A stretch of 63,533 nt of DNA, filler included, from Stramenopiles sp. TOSAG23-3 (GCA_900128585.1; 13 parts of 13 records of this genome joined end to end with filler, not necessarily neighbours in it), one strand, 5' to 3'. Positions 1-9,644 are shown, counted from the first letter of the whole stretch. Translations and numbers: made by a program. Notes: generated from the letters alone by a model not told the origin.

Positions 1-2256
1 ATTAGGAGTGTAACTGTAACACAGGGTGGATCAAAGTACCGGTCGGGCGATACACTGACAGTAAATATCCCTTCGAAAATCGATGATGTCGTTGTGACGT
101 TAAAGCCAGACTCAATTGATGGTACATGTAATCACGACCGTCTCCTGCGCAGCCAAAATGACTCTTATCCGACGATAAACTATACGTGGGTGAGTCCCGG
201 GAATGGGATAACGATTGTATTCACAGAGACGAGCGTTATACCTCCTGGCACCCTCGTTACTGTTGATACATACGTAACGAACCCGGGAGTCAGTATCAGT
301 TGGTCCGGTGCAATTGTGACTGTCATCGATTCGATCGGGGTGGTCAGCCAGCAATCAAAAAATGTATATCAAACGCCAACAAGATTGCCGATCGTGGACG
401 CCTCAATTTCGCTTCTTGATAGAACTGTGTTGGCACGGACCGACGCCACAGTCGAGTTATCAATCCCCTATTCGTTCAATTTCGAGAACAATGGTTGTGT
501 GATTGTTGAATTTCCGGTAAGTTATACTTCTGCGGCCTCAGTGACTGGTGTGACCGTCGAAGCGCCAATTATAAGCGCGGCTCGGGTGAAAGGAACGGGA
601 CAGCAGGTGTCATGGTGCATGAATTCTTCGAGCGCATCGCTAGCCCCAGAAACCACGCTGAAATTTTTAATCCACGGCATTATAAACCCTCTCTCGGCTG
701 GGGAACAGAGTAGCCCTAAAGTGTACTTGACGGATTTTGAATACAGGGTTTTAACTAAACAAATCACGAATGTGGGATTCCCTGTGCTGTCAACTCGTAT
801 GGAGGAATCGATAACGAGACTTCATGATTTCTCTATTACAAGTGGGAGACACGTCAAAGCAACAGTTTCAATGAAACCGTCGATAACGGTCCCTCGTTCG
901 GGCAAAGTAGAAGTGGTGTTTTTGTCCGGGGTTGGTGACATTACTAATTCAGGCGTAGATTTGAAATATCCTGCTGTTGGTGTGACGGTTGCCTCCGTTG
1001 AAACTGAAAGCGACCCTCCGTCAATATCTTGGTCCATCTACGATGACCAGCAAATCGCTCAGGGTGAACACGTAGAATTCGATATCCAATATTTGACAGG
1101 TGTTACTTCTGGGTGGCCCCAAATCGAATACCGTATAAAGGATTCTCTTGATAATATTTTGGCGGTTCAGATCGGAACTAGTTCATCCCAAGTTTTTGCG
1201 TGTGGTTCGCACTGCTTTTCTTGTGACACGCCAATGATGGGCACATGCATTGACAGTAGTAGGATAAGGTTTGTAAACGCAAGTTCTGAGGAAATGTGCA
1301 TTGCAGCATGTGAAAACGAAACGGAATGCACATGGATTTCGTTTTGCCCGAAAGGTGGTTTGTGCACGCAGAATAATAAGGACAACAAGTGCTCTTTGCA
1401 CAAGTCATGCGAAGGGATCGACTCGCAGCAACCGGGTTGGGAGCCAACTGGTTTTTATTCCATGCCCTCATTGAGTGCCAGTCGGAAGTATGCCCTGGAT
1501 CATCGCACTTGCAAAGAGTGCATGGACAGTATGTTTCTGTTCGAAGGGGAATGTATCGAGAAATGCCCCTCGGGTCATAATGCCTTGGGTTTTGGGGACC
1601 AAGGCAGATTCTGTTCCATGTCTTGGGCACCTTTTGCCGTAACCACCGATGAAAAGTGCGCCGAATCGCTGGTGTACGGCACACGCCGTATCGATAGAAC
1701 GGACGCGGTAACTACAAATGGTTATTTTTCGTTTGCCAATCTGGACATCGAGCATTTTTACTTTTTGCAGCGTTTTTTTATCGACGATCGGCTTTTGTTT
1801 GAGACTGAATGGAAGTTTAAAACGTTGAAAACCCTGAAGAGTCGCCTGATTTCAGCGAGTGAAAACGGGGAAGAATTGACATGGCGAGTAACGGATGATT
1901 ATGGAATACAGCATACGGGGAGTAGCACATGGCATTTTTCATCAACGGCAAAAATAGGTGCGGTAAGTGACAGATGGTCTTCTTCGGGTTCTTCATTCTC
2001 AAACAATGACGGAAGTTGGGGAGTCAACAAAGGTACAGTTGACGGAAGCGCGCAATGCGGAAAAGATGGAAATGGATGGTGGGGGCATGAAAACTGCGGA
2101 GGAAGCCAAGATTACCTCTTTTGCAACCGTGCCCCCACTTATGGATTGTACCGTAGTCACTCTGGTCGGCTCAGTAAGATATCCTCCAGTGGCATTCTTG
2201 ACGGCGGCTTTTACCCCATGAAAATTGGGCGGAACAAGGAGTTCCGGGTTTGCTAA
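1..2256 (+). CDS. Large extracellular/surface protein fragment (5'-partial): beta-sandwich-like repeats, furin-like Cys-rich repeat and PAN/apple-like module
   Basis: Frame is open from base 1 (IRSVTVTQGG...) into the 720-aa ORF. Cys patterns ACGSHCFSC...TCKECMDSMFLFEGECIEKCPSG (furin-like) and SEEMCIAACENETECTWISF (PAN-like). The 3' end may be chimeric. Confidence 0.7.
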   Translation: MRSVTVTQGGSKYRSGDTLTVNIPSKIDDVVVTLKPDSIDGTCNHDRLLRSQNDSYPTINYTWVSPGNGITIVFTETSVIPPGTLVTVDTYVTNPGVSISWSGAIVTVIDSIGVVSQQSKNVYQTPTRLPIVDASISLLDRTVLARTDATVELSIPYSFNFENNGCVIVEFPVSYTSAASVTGVTVEAPIISAARVKGTGQQVSWCMNSSSASLAPETTLKFLIHGIINPLSAGEQSSPKVYLTDFEYRVLTKQITNVGFPVLSTRMEESITRLHDFSITSGRHVKATVSMKPSITVPRSGKVEVVFLSGVGDITNSGVDLKYPAVGVTVASVETESDPPSISWSIYDDQQIAQGEHVEFDIQYLTGVTSGWPQIEYRIKDSLDNILAVQIGTSSSQVFACGSHCFSCDTPMMGTCIDSSRIRFVNASSEEMCIAACENETECTWISFCPKGGLCTQNNKDNKCSLHKSCEGIDSQQPGWEPTGFYSMPSLSASRKYALDHRTCKECMDSMFLFEGECIEKCPSGHNALGFGDQGRFCSMSWAPFAVTTDEKCAESLVYGTRRIDRTDAVTTNGYFSFANLDIEHFYFLQRFFIDDRLLFETEWKFKTLKTLKSRLISASENGEELTWRVTDDYGIQHTGSSTWHFSSTAKIGAVSDRWSSSGSSFSNNDGSWGVNKGTVDGSAQCGKDGNGWWGHENCGGSQDYLFCNRAPTYGLYRSHSGRLSKISSSGILDGGFYPMKIGRNKEFRVC

Positions 2257-4809
2257 AGCTTCCAAATTGACTGTGCAAGGATCCCCAGCAGCAAGCGAGA
2301 ACCCCGAAAGAACTATCGTGTAACTTGTGCCTTCGCCTTTATAGCTCGTTGTAACGGCACTTGCACACACAGACATGCCGGTTTTCGGCGACCCGCGCCA
2401 GTTTGGTAGGTTAATTTCGATTACATGTGAAGGTATCAGACTTCTTGTGTACTGAAACGTGTATTTGGCCGTAACAACGCCCGCGCCTGGCCGTGTATCA
2501 TTGAATACAAAACTATCTCCTATCAGTTTCGGTGTGGTAATGGCCATAATATCGTTCACCGTTTTAACGGGAATCAATATCACATCGGAGGAAGTATTGT
2601 GGAATTCACGCGTAACATATTCGTTGTTCTTGACGGAACCATTCACAGGATTAGATAACCCAGCAATTTTAACATGGCACGCAGCAGGAGTATGGACCGT
2701 GCCGTAGATCAAGGCGAGGGTTAGCACGCTGCCACTAAAGTCGGACGTAAAATTGGCGGCGCTACCGTCGCATGAAGTCCACGTTTGCATTCCGCTGGAT
2801 AAAGACCACCCCGGAAGCGCTATGATGATGTGCACCCCATTGCCTATGGGGTGGTCACCGACATATTCAAAGGTGTATGTTATATTTGACTCCTCTGAAG
2901 AACGTGGGTTATCAAATGCAATTGAATCACGGGTTAGAAAGCCTGCTCTGATTTCTGGTGTGTCGACAACAGGGGTGAGTGGCATACTGTCAGGACCAGC
3001 ATCTACTTTGTGCTTGATCAGCTTTGAGTTAGAAGCAATTGGGTCTTTTGGGTTCTTCATACCGGGAAACCGTAACTTGCACAGGGTACCCGAAGGAAGT
3101 ACATCAGCATCCAGTTCAAGGGACATCTCGAGCAGGTCGGAAGACAAGTCTGTCACTGAAAATGCACCGCCCCCACACGATATTACATCAACACTTGCTG
3201 TGCCTGGGTGAGTCCAGCCTGGTAATTCGAGGTTTACTTTGTCTCCACGGCGAAGGTCAACATTGTAGGCAAACTGGTACATAATATTTACGCCGGTAGC
3301 GCCTGTGCTGTTGTTATCAACTTCGACGGCATCGTTCAGCATGGCTCCGCGGTGGGTCCATCGCCCGCTCAAAAATACCGACAGCTTAATTCGTAGTGAC
3401 AAATGCCTGTCTAGATTTTCGACCTTGTACAATAGAGGCCCGTCCCCTACTTTAAACATCCCGTGAATTTCATTGCATTTGGCGTCATCTGAGCAGCGAC
3501 TTCCCAGAGGGATAAGGTCGCCTGGTTTATAACCTTGGACAATCGTGCTACCGACCCACCCTAGTGTTTTTACTTTGGAAACTTCTCCATCGATGGTGTT
3601 GCTCTCGTAGTCGAGGTAGTCCGGGCTCAAAGCGTTCCTATGGTTTCCTACCTTAAAGGTACGAAAACGGCCCATATCCGAACTGACGAAAACATCCGAA
3701 TTAAAAGATACCTCGTCTGGATTGCTCGGAATTAGGCATCTATGTTCATACCCTTTACTGAAAGATTCTGGGGTACATTGGAGACGTAAAGGAGAACAAA
3801 TTACACCAGCATCATTGTCATGGCTACAATGCTCATTGAACAAGAGAGTTGAATTCCGTTTACAGTAATCGATGGAGCCCTCATTTCCCTCACACATAAT
3901 TCTAACCGGCCATATTGGACCAATGCCAGGAGAAAAGTGCGACCCCCCCGATGTCGCAGAAATTGCAGAAGAGTACCCGAGGTCTCTGCAAACGACTTTA
4001 GCGTCCGCAATACCCCACCCTACACCACAAATTGATTTCCACTCTCCATCCCGGAAGGTCTCCACGCGCCCACTACTTTCACTGACACCGCCGACGAGCC
4101 TGTACTGCTTGTTGAATACGGCCTTTGGGATTCGTGATTTTGACTGAAAAGAATGACACTGAATTGCCACATCAAATGCATGGTCGCCATTCCCATCTTG
4201 GATCCACTGAGTCGCGCAATCAGTCAGCTTCTCCGCACCAGGAGTTAGGATACACCGAACGTCGTAGATCCACTGGGGCTGTTCCAAACGTTCAGTGACA
4301 TATTTCGATGCATCCATTAAATAAGTCCCCCCCGTCATTCCTAATTCACGGCATGCAATTTTAGCTTCCGAAGACGAAAAATCACGTCCAGCACCACCTA
4401 CTGTTCCCCAGACACCTTTCCTGAATATTTCTAGACGCCCAGAGTATGCTTGGCCATCGTCCAGCCCGACAAGGCGCAACTGGTGTGGCGAGGCAACTTT
4501 ACACGCCTGTCTCCCCCCAAACATCTGCCCTACGGCAAGAAACGGCTCAGTTTGCCCAGAGAACTGATCGATTAGTAACTCGCTGTCCTTTGGGTGGACA
4601 CGCAGCCGAAAATTGCCTTGCCCAATCTTATAAAACTTGGGCAAATGCGAGTATGGCGGCAACTGAATGCCCCCTATAGTAATATTTAACGATGCGCCAT
4701 GATCACTTAGCAATGCTGGATAATTTTTTAGGACTATGGTGTTGGGAGGAATTCGTAATATTTCCGAACCAGCAAAATCGGATGGATGCTTCAAAACTCC
4801 GAAATAAAT
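1999..4809 (-). CDS. Large surface protein fragment (5'-partial) with two SRCR domains and three ~130-aa beta-sandwich repeats
   Basis: SRCR motifs LRLVG...SGRLEIFRKGVWGTV...AKIACRELG and YRLVGG..ESSGRVETFRDGEWKSICGVGWGIADAKVVCRDLG...CSHDNDAGVIC. The repeat Y-x-F-x-Y...LP(G/N)W...C...NP occurs three times. Frame is open to the contig edge. Confidence 0.85.
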   Translation of the reverse strand: MYFGVLKHPSDFAGSEILRIPPNTIVLKNYPALLSDHGASLNITIGGIQLPPYSHLPKFYKIGQGNFRLRVHPKDSELLIDQFSGQTEPFLAVGQMFGGRQACKVASPHQLRLVGLDDGQAYSGRLEIFRKGVWGTVGGAGRDFSSSEAKIACRELGMTGGTYLMDASKYVTERLEQPQWIYDVRCILTPGAEKLTDCATQWIQDGNGDHAFDVAIQCHSFQSKSRIPKAVFNKQYRLVGGVSESSGRVETFRDGEWKSICGVGWGIADAKVVCRDLGYSSAISATSGGSHFSPGIGPIWPVRIMCEGNEGSIDYCKRNSTLLFNEHCSHDNDAGVICSPLRLQCTPESFSKGYEHRCLIPSNPDEVSFNSDVFVSSDMGRFRTFKVGNHRNALSPDYLDYESNTIDGEVSKVKTLGWVGSTIVQGYKPGDLIPLGSRCSDDAKCNEIHGMFKVGDGPLLYKVENLDRHLSLRIKLSVFLSGRWTHRGAMLNDAVEVDNNSTGATGVNIMYQFAYNVDLRRGDKVNLELPGWTHPGTASVDVISCGGGAFSVTDLSSDLLEMSLELDADVLPSGTLCKLRFPGMKNPKDPIASNSKLIKHKVDAGPDSMPLTPVVDTPEIRAGFLTRDSIAFDNPRSSEESNITYTFEYVGDHPIGNGVHIIIALPGWSLSSGMQTWTSCDGSAANFTSDFSGSVLTLALIYGTVHTPAACHVKIAGLSNPVNGSVKNNEYVTREFHNTSSDVILIPVKTVNDIMAITTPKLIGDSFVFNDTRPGAGVVTAKYTFQYTRSLIPSHVIEINLPNWRGSPKTGMSVCASAVTTSYKGEGTSYTIVLSGFSLAAGDPCTVNLEALANPELLVPPNFHGVKAAVKNATGGYLTEPTRVTTVQSISGGTVAKEVILASSAVFMPPPSISIFSALRASVNCTFVDSPTSVIV

Positions 4810-4811
4810 AT

Positions 4812-4911
4812 NNNNNNNNNNNNNNNNNNNNNNNNNNNNNNNNNNNNNNNNNNNNTTAATTAATTAANNNNNNNNNNNNNNNNNNNNNNNNNNNNNNNNN
4901 NNNNNNNNNNN
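4812..4911. other. Artificial contig linker N44-TTAATTAATTAA-N44; identical linkers at 9722, 14629, 19534, 24437, 29339, 34234, 39127, 44014, 48900, 53782 and 58661 (100 bp each)
   Basis: The same 100-bp structure recurs 12 times and carries stops in all six frames. Flanking contigs decrease monotonically in length. Confidence 0.99.
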
Positions 4912-5066
4912 AGAAGAAGAAGAAAGAAGAAGAAGAAGAAGAAGAAGAAGAAGAAGAAAGAAGAAGAAGAAAGAAGAAGAAGAAGAAGAAAGAAGAAGAA
5001 GAAGAAAGAAGAAGAAAGAAGAAGAAAGAAGAAGAAGAAGAAAGAAGAAGAAGAAAGAAAAGAAGA
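4912..5066 (+). repeat. Imperfect (GAA)n/(GAAA) microsatellite at contig end
   Basis: Directly visible purine-only tandem repeat. Confidence 0.95.
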
Positions 5067-5303
5067 TGATATATAATGATCTCAAACCCACCTATAGTAT
5101 TGGCCCATACTACGGTAGCCGATTATCACCCCCGATGATTCCCATTAAAACGTTTCCCCTTTTCAATCATAGAAACAATTGAAACGAAATTAATTCCATT
5201 CCATACACCCTATTTACCACCCGAACAATAAAAATTATCGTACGAATTGCCTTGCATACCGTCTGACTCCATCCACAACACGACGATGGTGTAACAGCCC
5301 CCC

Positions 5304-6764
5304 ATGCCCACGCTCACCAACTCCCTCCTCGCGGTCCGGCCGTTGGGTCGATTCACCGTGGACGGCAACCCGGCGTACAAGCGTGCGCTGGAACGGGCAA
5401 AGGCGGCCGCGCAGTCGCACTCCAACACGGAAGACCACCAGTTTGAGAGTGCGGACGACTGGGTGTCGAAGCTCCAGCACCGCGTCCTTTCCCTGTACAG
5501 CAACCAGCAGAAGGCGTTCGAGCACCGGCGGCTCGTCCAGCGGCTGTTCCGGGCGTGCGAGCGGGGGCACGCGGACGACGCGCGGCAGATCCTCACCGAA
5601 GACGTCGACGCGATGCACGGGAAAGACATAGCCGGCCTGGCCACCCTGGTCATTGCCGCGATCAACGGGTCCGCGGACGTCATGCAGGTGCTCGTCGACT
5701 TTGGCGCCTTCATGGAGCACACGGACGAGCATGGCAACACGCCCTTCGTCCTTGCCAGCCACCAAGGGGGGTTCCGCATCTGCAGGATCCTGCACGCGGC
5801 CGGGTGCCACGTCGACGCGCAGAACGGGGTCCGCAAGGGCGCCCTGCACTACGCCGTCCTCGCGGGGCGGCTGCGGTACGCCGAGCTCCTCCTGAACGTC
5901 TGCAAGTGCTCCCCGTCGGTAACGGACGTTTTCGGGATGTCCCCCCTGCTCTGCGCCGTGGAGACGGGGAAGGAGGCCATCGTCCGGCTCCTCCTCAAGC
6001 ACGGCGCGTCGCCCGACGAGCGGAACGGCGCGAGCCTCACCTGCCTGATGATCTCCTCGATCAACCGGGAGCCCCGCATCGCCCAGGCGCTGATCGACCA
6101 CGGCGCTGGCGTCGACGCGCTCGACGGCCGGGGGGAGACGGTCCTGATGATGGCCGCCCAGCGCGGGCAGACCGAGTTCCTGGACATGCTCCTTCGGGCG
6201 GGCGCCAACAAAGACCTGACGACGCGCCAGGGGGAGACGGCGCTCGACCTCGCCGTGCTCCTTCGAAAGAAACGCGCCGAGCGCGTCCTTCGCGGTCGCC
6301 GCGCGAGCCAGGAGAGCACCGTCCCGGAGGTCCCCGACGTGGTCGTCCCCCCGACCCCGCGGTACCTTCGAAAGGGCACGGGGCACGTTCGACGGATCAT
6401 CCTCCCGAAGCTGAAGCGAAGGGCCGAGGAGGGGAAGGAGCGGGAAACGGAGAAAGAGACCAAGCTGGAGCGGGAGCGGCGGAGGGCCAGGGAGAAGCGG
6501 TTCAAGCGCGAGCGAAAGCGGGCGCAGACGGGGCTCAAGGTGTCCAGCTACGTGAGGCAGAGGAGGCGGGAGGCCGAGGAGGAGAACAAGAAGAAGGCAA
6601 AGGAGAGGCAGGAGGAGCGGGAGAGGCAGGAGGAGCGGGAGAGGATAGAGCGGGAGAGGATGGAGCGGGAGAAGAAGGAACGGAGGGGTCGGTGGAGGAA
6701 GTTCCTGGCCTGCCTGCAGGTGTGGAAGGGGGGGGGGGGGGGTCCGGGGTTGCCGATGAATTAA
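5304..6764 (+). CDS. Ankyrin-repeat protein with charged coiled-coil C-terminus
   Basis: About seven ANK motifs (GNTPFVLA, ALHYAV, GMSPLLCAVETG, GETVLMMAAQRG, GETALDLA) and an E/R/K-rich tail. The end is uncertain at the G15 run (6728-6742). Confidence 0.9.
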   Translation: MPTLTNSLLAVRPLGRFTVDGNPAYKRALERAKAAAQSHSNTEDHQFESADDWVSKLQHRVLSLYSNQQKAFEHRRLVQRLFRACERGHADDARQILTEDVDAMHGKDIAGLATLVIAAINGSADVMQVLVDFGAFMEHTDEHGNTPFVLASHQGGFRICRILHAAGCHVDAQNGVRKGALHYAVLAGRLRYAELLLNVCKCSPSVTDVFGMSPLLCAVETGKEAIVRLLLKHGASPDERNGASLTCLMISSINREPRIAQALIDHGAGVDALDGRGETVLMMAAQRGQTEFLDMLLRAGANKDLTTRQGETALDLAVLLRKKRAERVLRGRRASQESTVPEVPDVVVPPTPRYLRKGTGHVRRIILPKLKRRAEEGKERETEKETKLERERRRAREKRFKRERKRAQTGLKVSSYVRQRRREAEEENKKKAKERQEERERQEERERIERERMEREKKERRGRWRKFLACLQVWKGGGGGPGLPMN

Positions 6765-6848
6765 CATGAAACAATGGGTTTCCTAGAGCGGGAGAAGAAG
6801 GAACGGAGGGGTCGGTGGAGGAAGTTCCTGTTCTGCCTGCAGGTGTGG
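6663..6848 (+). repeat. 63-bp direct repeat (6663-6725 and 6786-6848, 2 mismatches)
   Basis: GAGCGGGAGAAGAAGG...CTGCAGGTGTGG is present twice. Confidence 0.95.
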
Positions 6849-7732
6849 CCGGTATATAACATATAAACAATAGAATTATTACCTAGTCGAATTAGACTTT
6901 ATATACTCTTACGAAGTCATTATATAGTTTCCTTATTGATATTATACCTATCCTCCTATATAACCTAATATAGTATACTAGTACAGCATACTTAATTATT
7001 AAACGTCCATTATTATACTCAATATTTATTATACTCTATTATTATTAATATTATACCCAGCAGCAGCAGAGAGAAGAGAGAAGAAGATGGTTTAATAAAT
7101 AATAAAAAAAACAAACCAAATAATTAATTTCATAAAAACAAGAAAATTGGCTGTTGTTTAAAACGAAAAATTGGCTGTTAGTTTAAAAGGAAATCAATTA
7201 AATTTAGCTTCGTTCCCCATGTGCATTTTGTACATTTTTAGAGGGTTTGCTAGATTTTCCTTCATGGACTGCGAACTGATCTCAACTGTGGTAATTTTAG
7301 TAACACTTACTTATAAGTCAATAATATTTTAACTAATATATGATATGATTTATAAGGTATGATATGATACTTAAATAACAGCCAATTTTCTAGTTTTTTT
7401 ACTTTATCAATATAATACCCTTGCCACTTAGTCTTGACTATATTTAAGCGTGTAATTAAAATTTATCTCTTCCTCGTATACCACGAAACTGAATCTACAC
7501 TCCTTTTGTCCATTAACGGTTTACGTTCTCATTATTCTTTTAAGTTGCGGCGCAGAGGCGCGATGGCACCGACAGCAGGGGCATGGCGTACCACACTGAT
7601 CTTCGAAACTTTCTCTTTTGTTGTCGTGTCGCGCATCATCCCTCGTCCGCAAATCGGTTTTTCAAAGCCTTACTATTGGAAACCGTCAGTGCTTCTTCCA
7701 TCCTCCCCCCCCCCCCTCGCACACGCGCCTCC

Positions 7733-8509
7733 TCAAGACATCAAGTTCTGCGGCGCCTTGGCCTCCTTCCCCCACTTTGGCACGGGAGTCCCGGTGACTT
7801 TCGAAATCTTCTCTTCGACGTGGCCGAACACGTGCGTGATGGCGTAGTTCGCTACGGATTGCTTGCAGTAGTACTGGGCGTTGAACCAGGACAGGACCGA
7901 AATCATCAAGATGACGGGCCAAGGGACCGTCGTGTTCCCCGTCATAAACCCAATGTACATGAGCCCCACCTCGTACGTGATTCCAGGGGCCCGGACCCAC
8001 GTGTTTAGCGAAGCGCAGACCCGCTTCTGCGTGATCACCTTGACGTACCCATGCTTCACCAGGACAAGCATACAGTAGTCCACCCCGCCAGGGAGACCGC
8101 TGATGAACAGGCAGAGGAAGTTCCGGATTGCCCCCCACTCGTAGTACTGCCCAAAAAATCCTACCGTCGGGATGAACATAAGGTGGTGGAAGTAGTCGCT
8201 GCTTGTGAGCTTCGAGAAGGCAAGCATGTGGTACACGTGCACGGCGTTCACCACGAGGATGGGCCACGGCGAGGCGTTGCCGAAGAGACTATGGTCGTTG
8301 TACACCCGAGAGTCCATCGCATGGACGGGGTCGACGACGACCGTGTAGGCGGACGTCACGCTGGTCAAAACGACGAAGGCGTTCGCGAACGCGTGGATTG
8401 CGAACCACCGCGCCTGCTTTGGCGCGAACAGCACGTCGAAGGCGAGGATAAAGGCCAGCGCGACACAGTTCCCCCCGATAGAACCGAGGTACGGGAGGTC
8501 GAACCACAT
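7733..8509 (-). CDS. TLC (TRAM/LAG1/CLN8) domain membrane protein, 258 aa
   Basis: Multiple TM segments plus the DYFHHLMF motif. The first ATG at 8509 (MWFDLPY) coincides with the switch to GC-rich codons. Confidence 0.75.
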   Translation of the reverse strand: MWFDLPYLGSIGGNCVALAFILAFDVLFAPKQARWFAIHAFANAFVVLTSVTSAYTVVVDPVHAMDSRVYNDHSLFGNASPWPILVVNAVHVYHMLAFSKLTSSDYFHHLMFIPTVGFFGQYYEWGAIRNFLCLFISGLPGGVDYCMLVLVKHGYVKVITQKRVCASLNTWVRAPGITYEVGLMYIGFMTGNTTVPWPVILMISVLSWFNAQYYCKQSVANYAITHVFGHVEEKISKVTGTPVPKWGKEAKAPQNLMS

Positions 8510-8935
8510 TTTATGCGGAGGGTGTGGTGTAAATTTGTGGATGAGTGGCGGGAAGACGATATCGCTTTTGGGTGAGTTTGTGGAAGGATTAGACTCGTTC
8601 GATTGTTTGTTCGACTGTTTGTTCGATTGGTTGATGTATCTGTTTATACATAATTCGTACTTGGTTTCTTCCAATAAAATATTTACACAGGAAGGAGAGC
8701 CATTGATGATAGTAGTTAGTGAGTGCCGTAGTAGTGGTGGTTGTTGGTTGGTCAATGTGATAGATCGGAGGTAATAAGGAGAGGAGGACAAAAAAAATAA
8801 TTAAATTAATAAGATGAAAATAGGATGGAAGAGAAGAGAAGAAGAAGATACATAAAAAAAATAAATTAATTTTTTTTTTCTTCTTCTTTTTTTTTTATTT
8901 ATTATTATTTTATTTTTTTATTTCGACTCTTTCTC

Positions 8936-8939
8936 GTTC

Positions 8940-9015
<76 letters not shown>

Positions 9016-9146
9016 TTCTTTCTTTTGTCTGTTTGTTTGTTTGTTTCTTTCTTTCTTTTGTTTGTTTGTTTGTTTGTTTCTTTTAGATTTCTTTCTTTCT
9101 TTCCTATTCTATCCCTATTCCTATTCTATTCCTATTCTCTTCTATT
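8936..9146 (+). repeat. Compound microsatellite (TTTC)n, (GTTT)n, (CTATT)n
   Basis: Directly visible. Confidence 0.9.
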
Positions 9147-9428
9147 CCTTCTAAGAAGAAACCCACACTTTTGAACTGAAATGGATCAACAACCAACCAG
9201 AACAACTTCTCCTTCTCCCTTCTACTTTAAGAATAGTTTAATTTAAATTAGAATACGGAATCCAAATAGAACAATACAGTTCAATGCTATGTCCATGGTG
9301 CAACAGGCGAATAGCATCAATAATATAATACTTTTGTATATATAGATAAAATCTGACCATTCCACCAATAGCAAATTGCACTGACTGTTTAGTAACAGGT
9401 GTAACGAGTCTCCTATCGTTAAATGATA

Positions 9429-9570
9429 GGCGGTATCGTCCAGTGGTTAGGGTACGTAAAAAAAACACAGAATGATGACCTTTCAGTGTCTCTAACATAT
9501 TCTAAATATTCAATAACTCAGACGGCAGACTTTGAATCTGTAGACCCGGGTTCGAATCCCGGTACTGCCT
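9429..9570 (+). tRNA. tRNA-Gln(UUG) with a 70-nt intron in the D-arm (exon 1 9429-9451, exon 2 9522-9570)
   Basis: The spliced product folds fully: acceptor GGCGGTA/TACTGCC, D-stem GTCC/GGAC (formed only after intron removal), anticodon stem GCAGA/TCTGT with loop CT-TTG-AA, T-arm CCGGG-TTCGAAT-CCCGG, discriminator T. A and B boxes are intact. Confidence 0.93.
9452..9521 (+). other. Intron in tRNA-Gln with spliceosomal-type signals
   Basis: 5' GTACGT, branch-like CTAAC at 9492-9496, 3' CAG at 9519-9521. The boundary is ambiguous by 1 nt (alternative 9451-9520). Confidence 0.85.
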
Positions 9571-9573
9571 TTA

Positions 9574-9579
9574 TTTTTT
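9574..9579 (+). terminator. Pol III oligo-T terminator of tRNA-Gln
   Basis: T6 run 4 nt after the discriminator base. Confidence 0.75.
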
Positions 9580-9644
9580 CCAAACTTAACCATGCTGTGT
9601 GATGTATTGTCTTTTCCGGACTAAATAAAAAACGTTATTCCGTA

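Noticed and set aside
4856-4867. Regularly spaced palindrome TTAATTAATTAA as a biological repeat or recombination site
   Set aside because: Always centred between two N44 runs; it is an artificial six-frame-stop linker.
5235-6769. Long alternative-frame and antisense ORFs over GC-rich genes (also 37095-38333, 50946-52619, 53826-55295, 57160-58137)
   Set aside because: Shadows of recognisable genes caused by high GC3; they carry no motifs of their own.
9472-9478. Box C (ATGATGA) inside the tRNA intron suggesting a C/D snoRNA
   Set aside because: No CTGA box D downstream within the intron.
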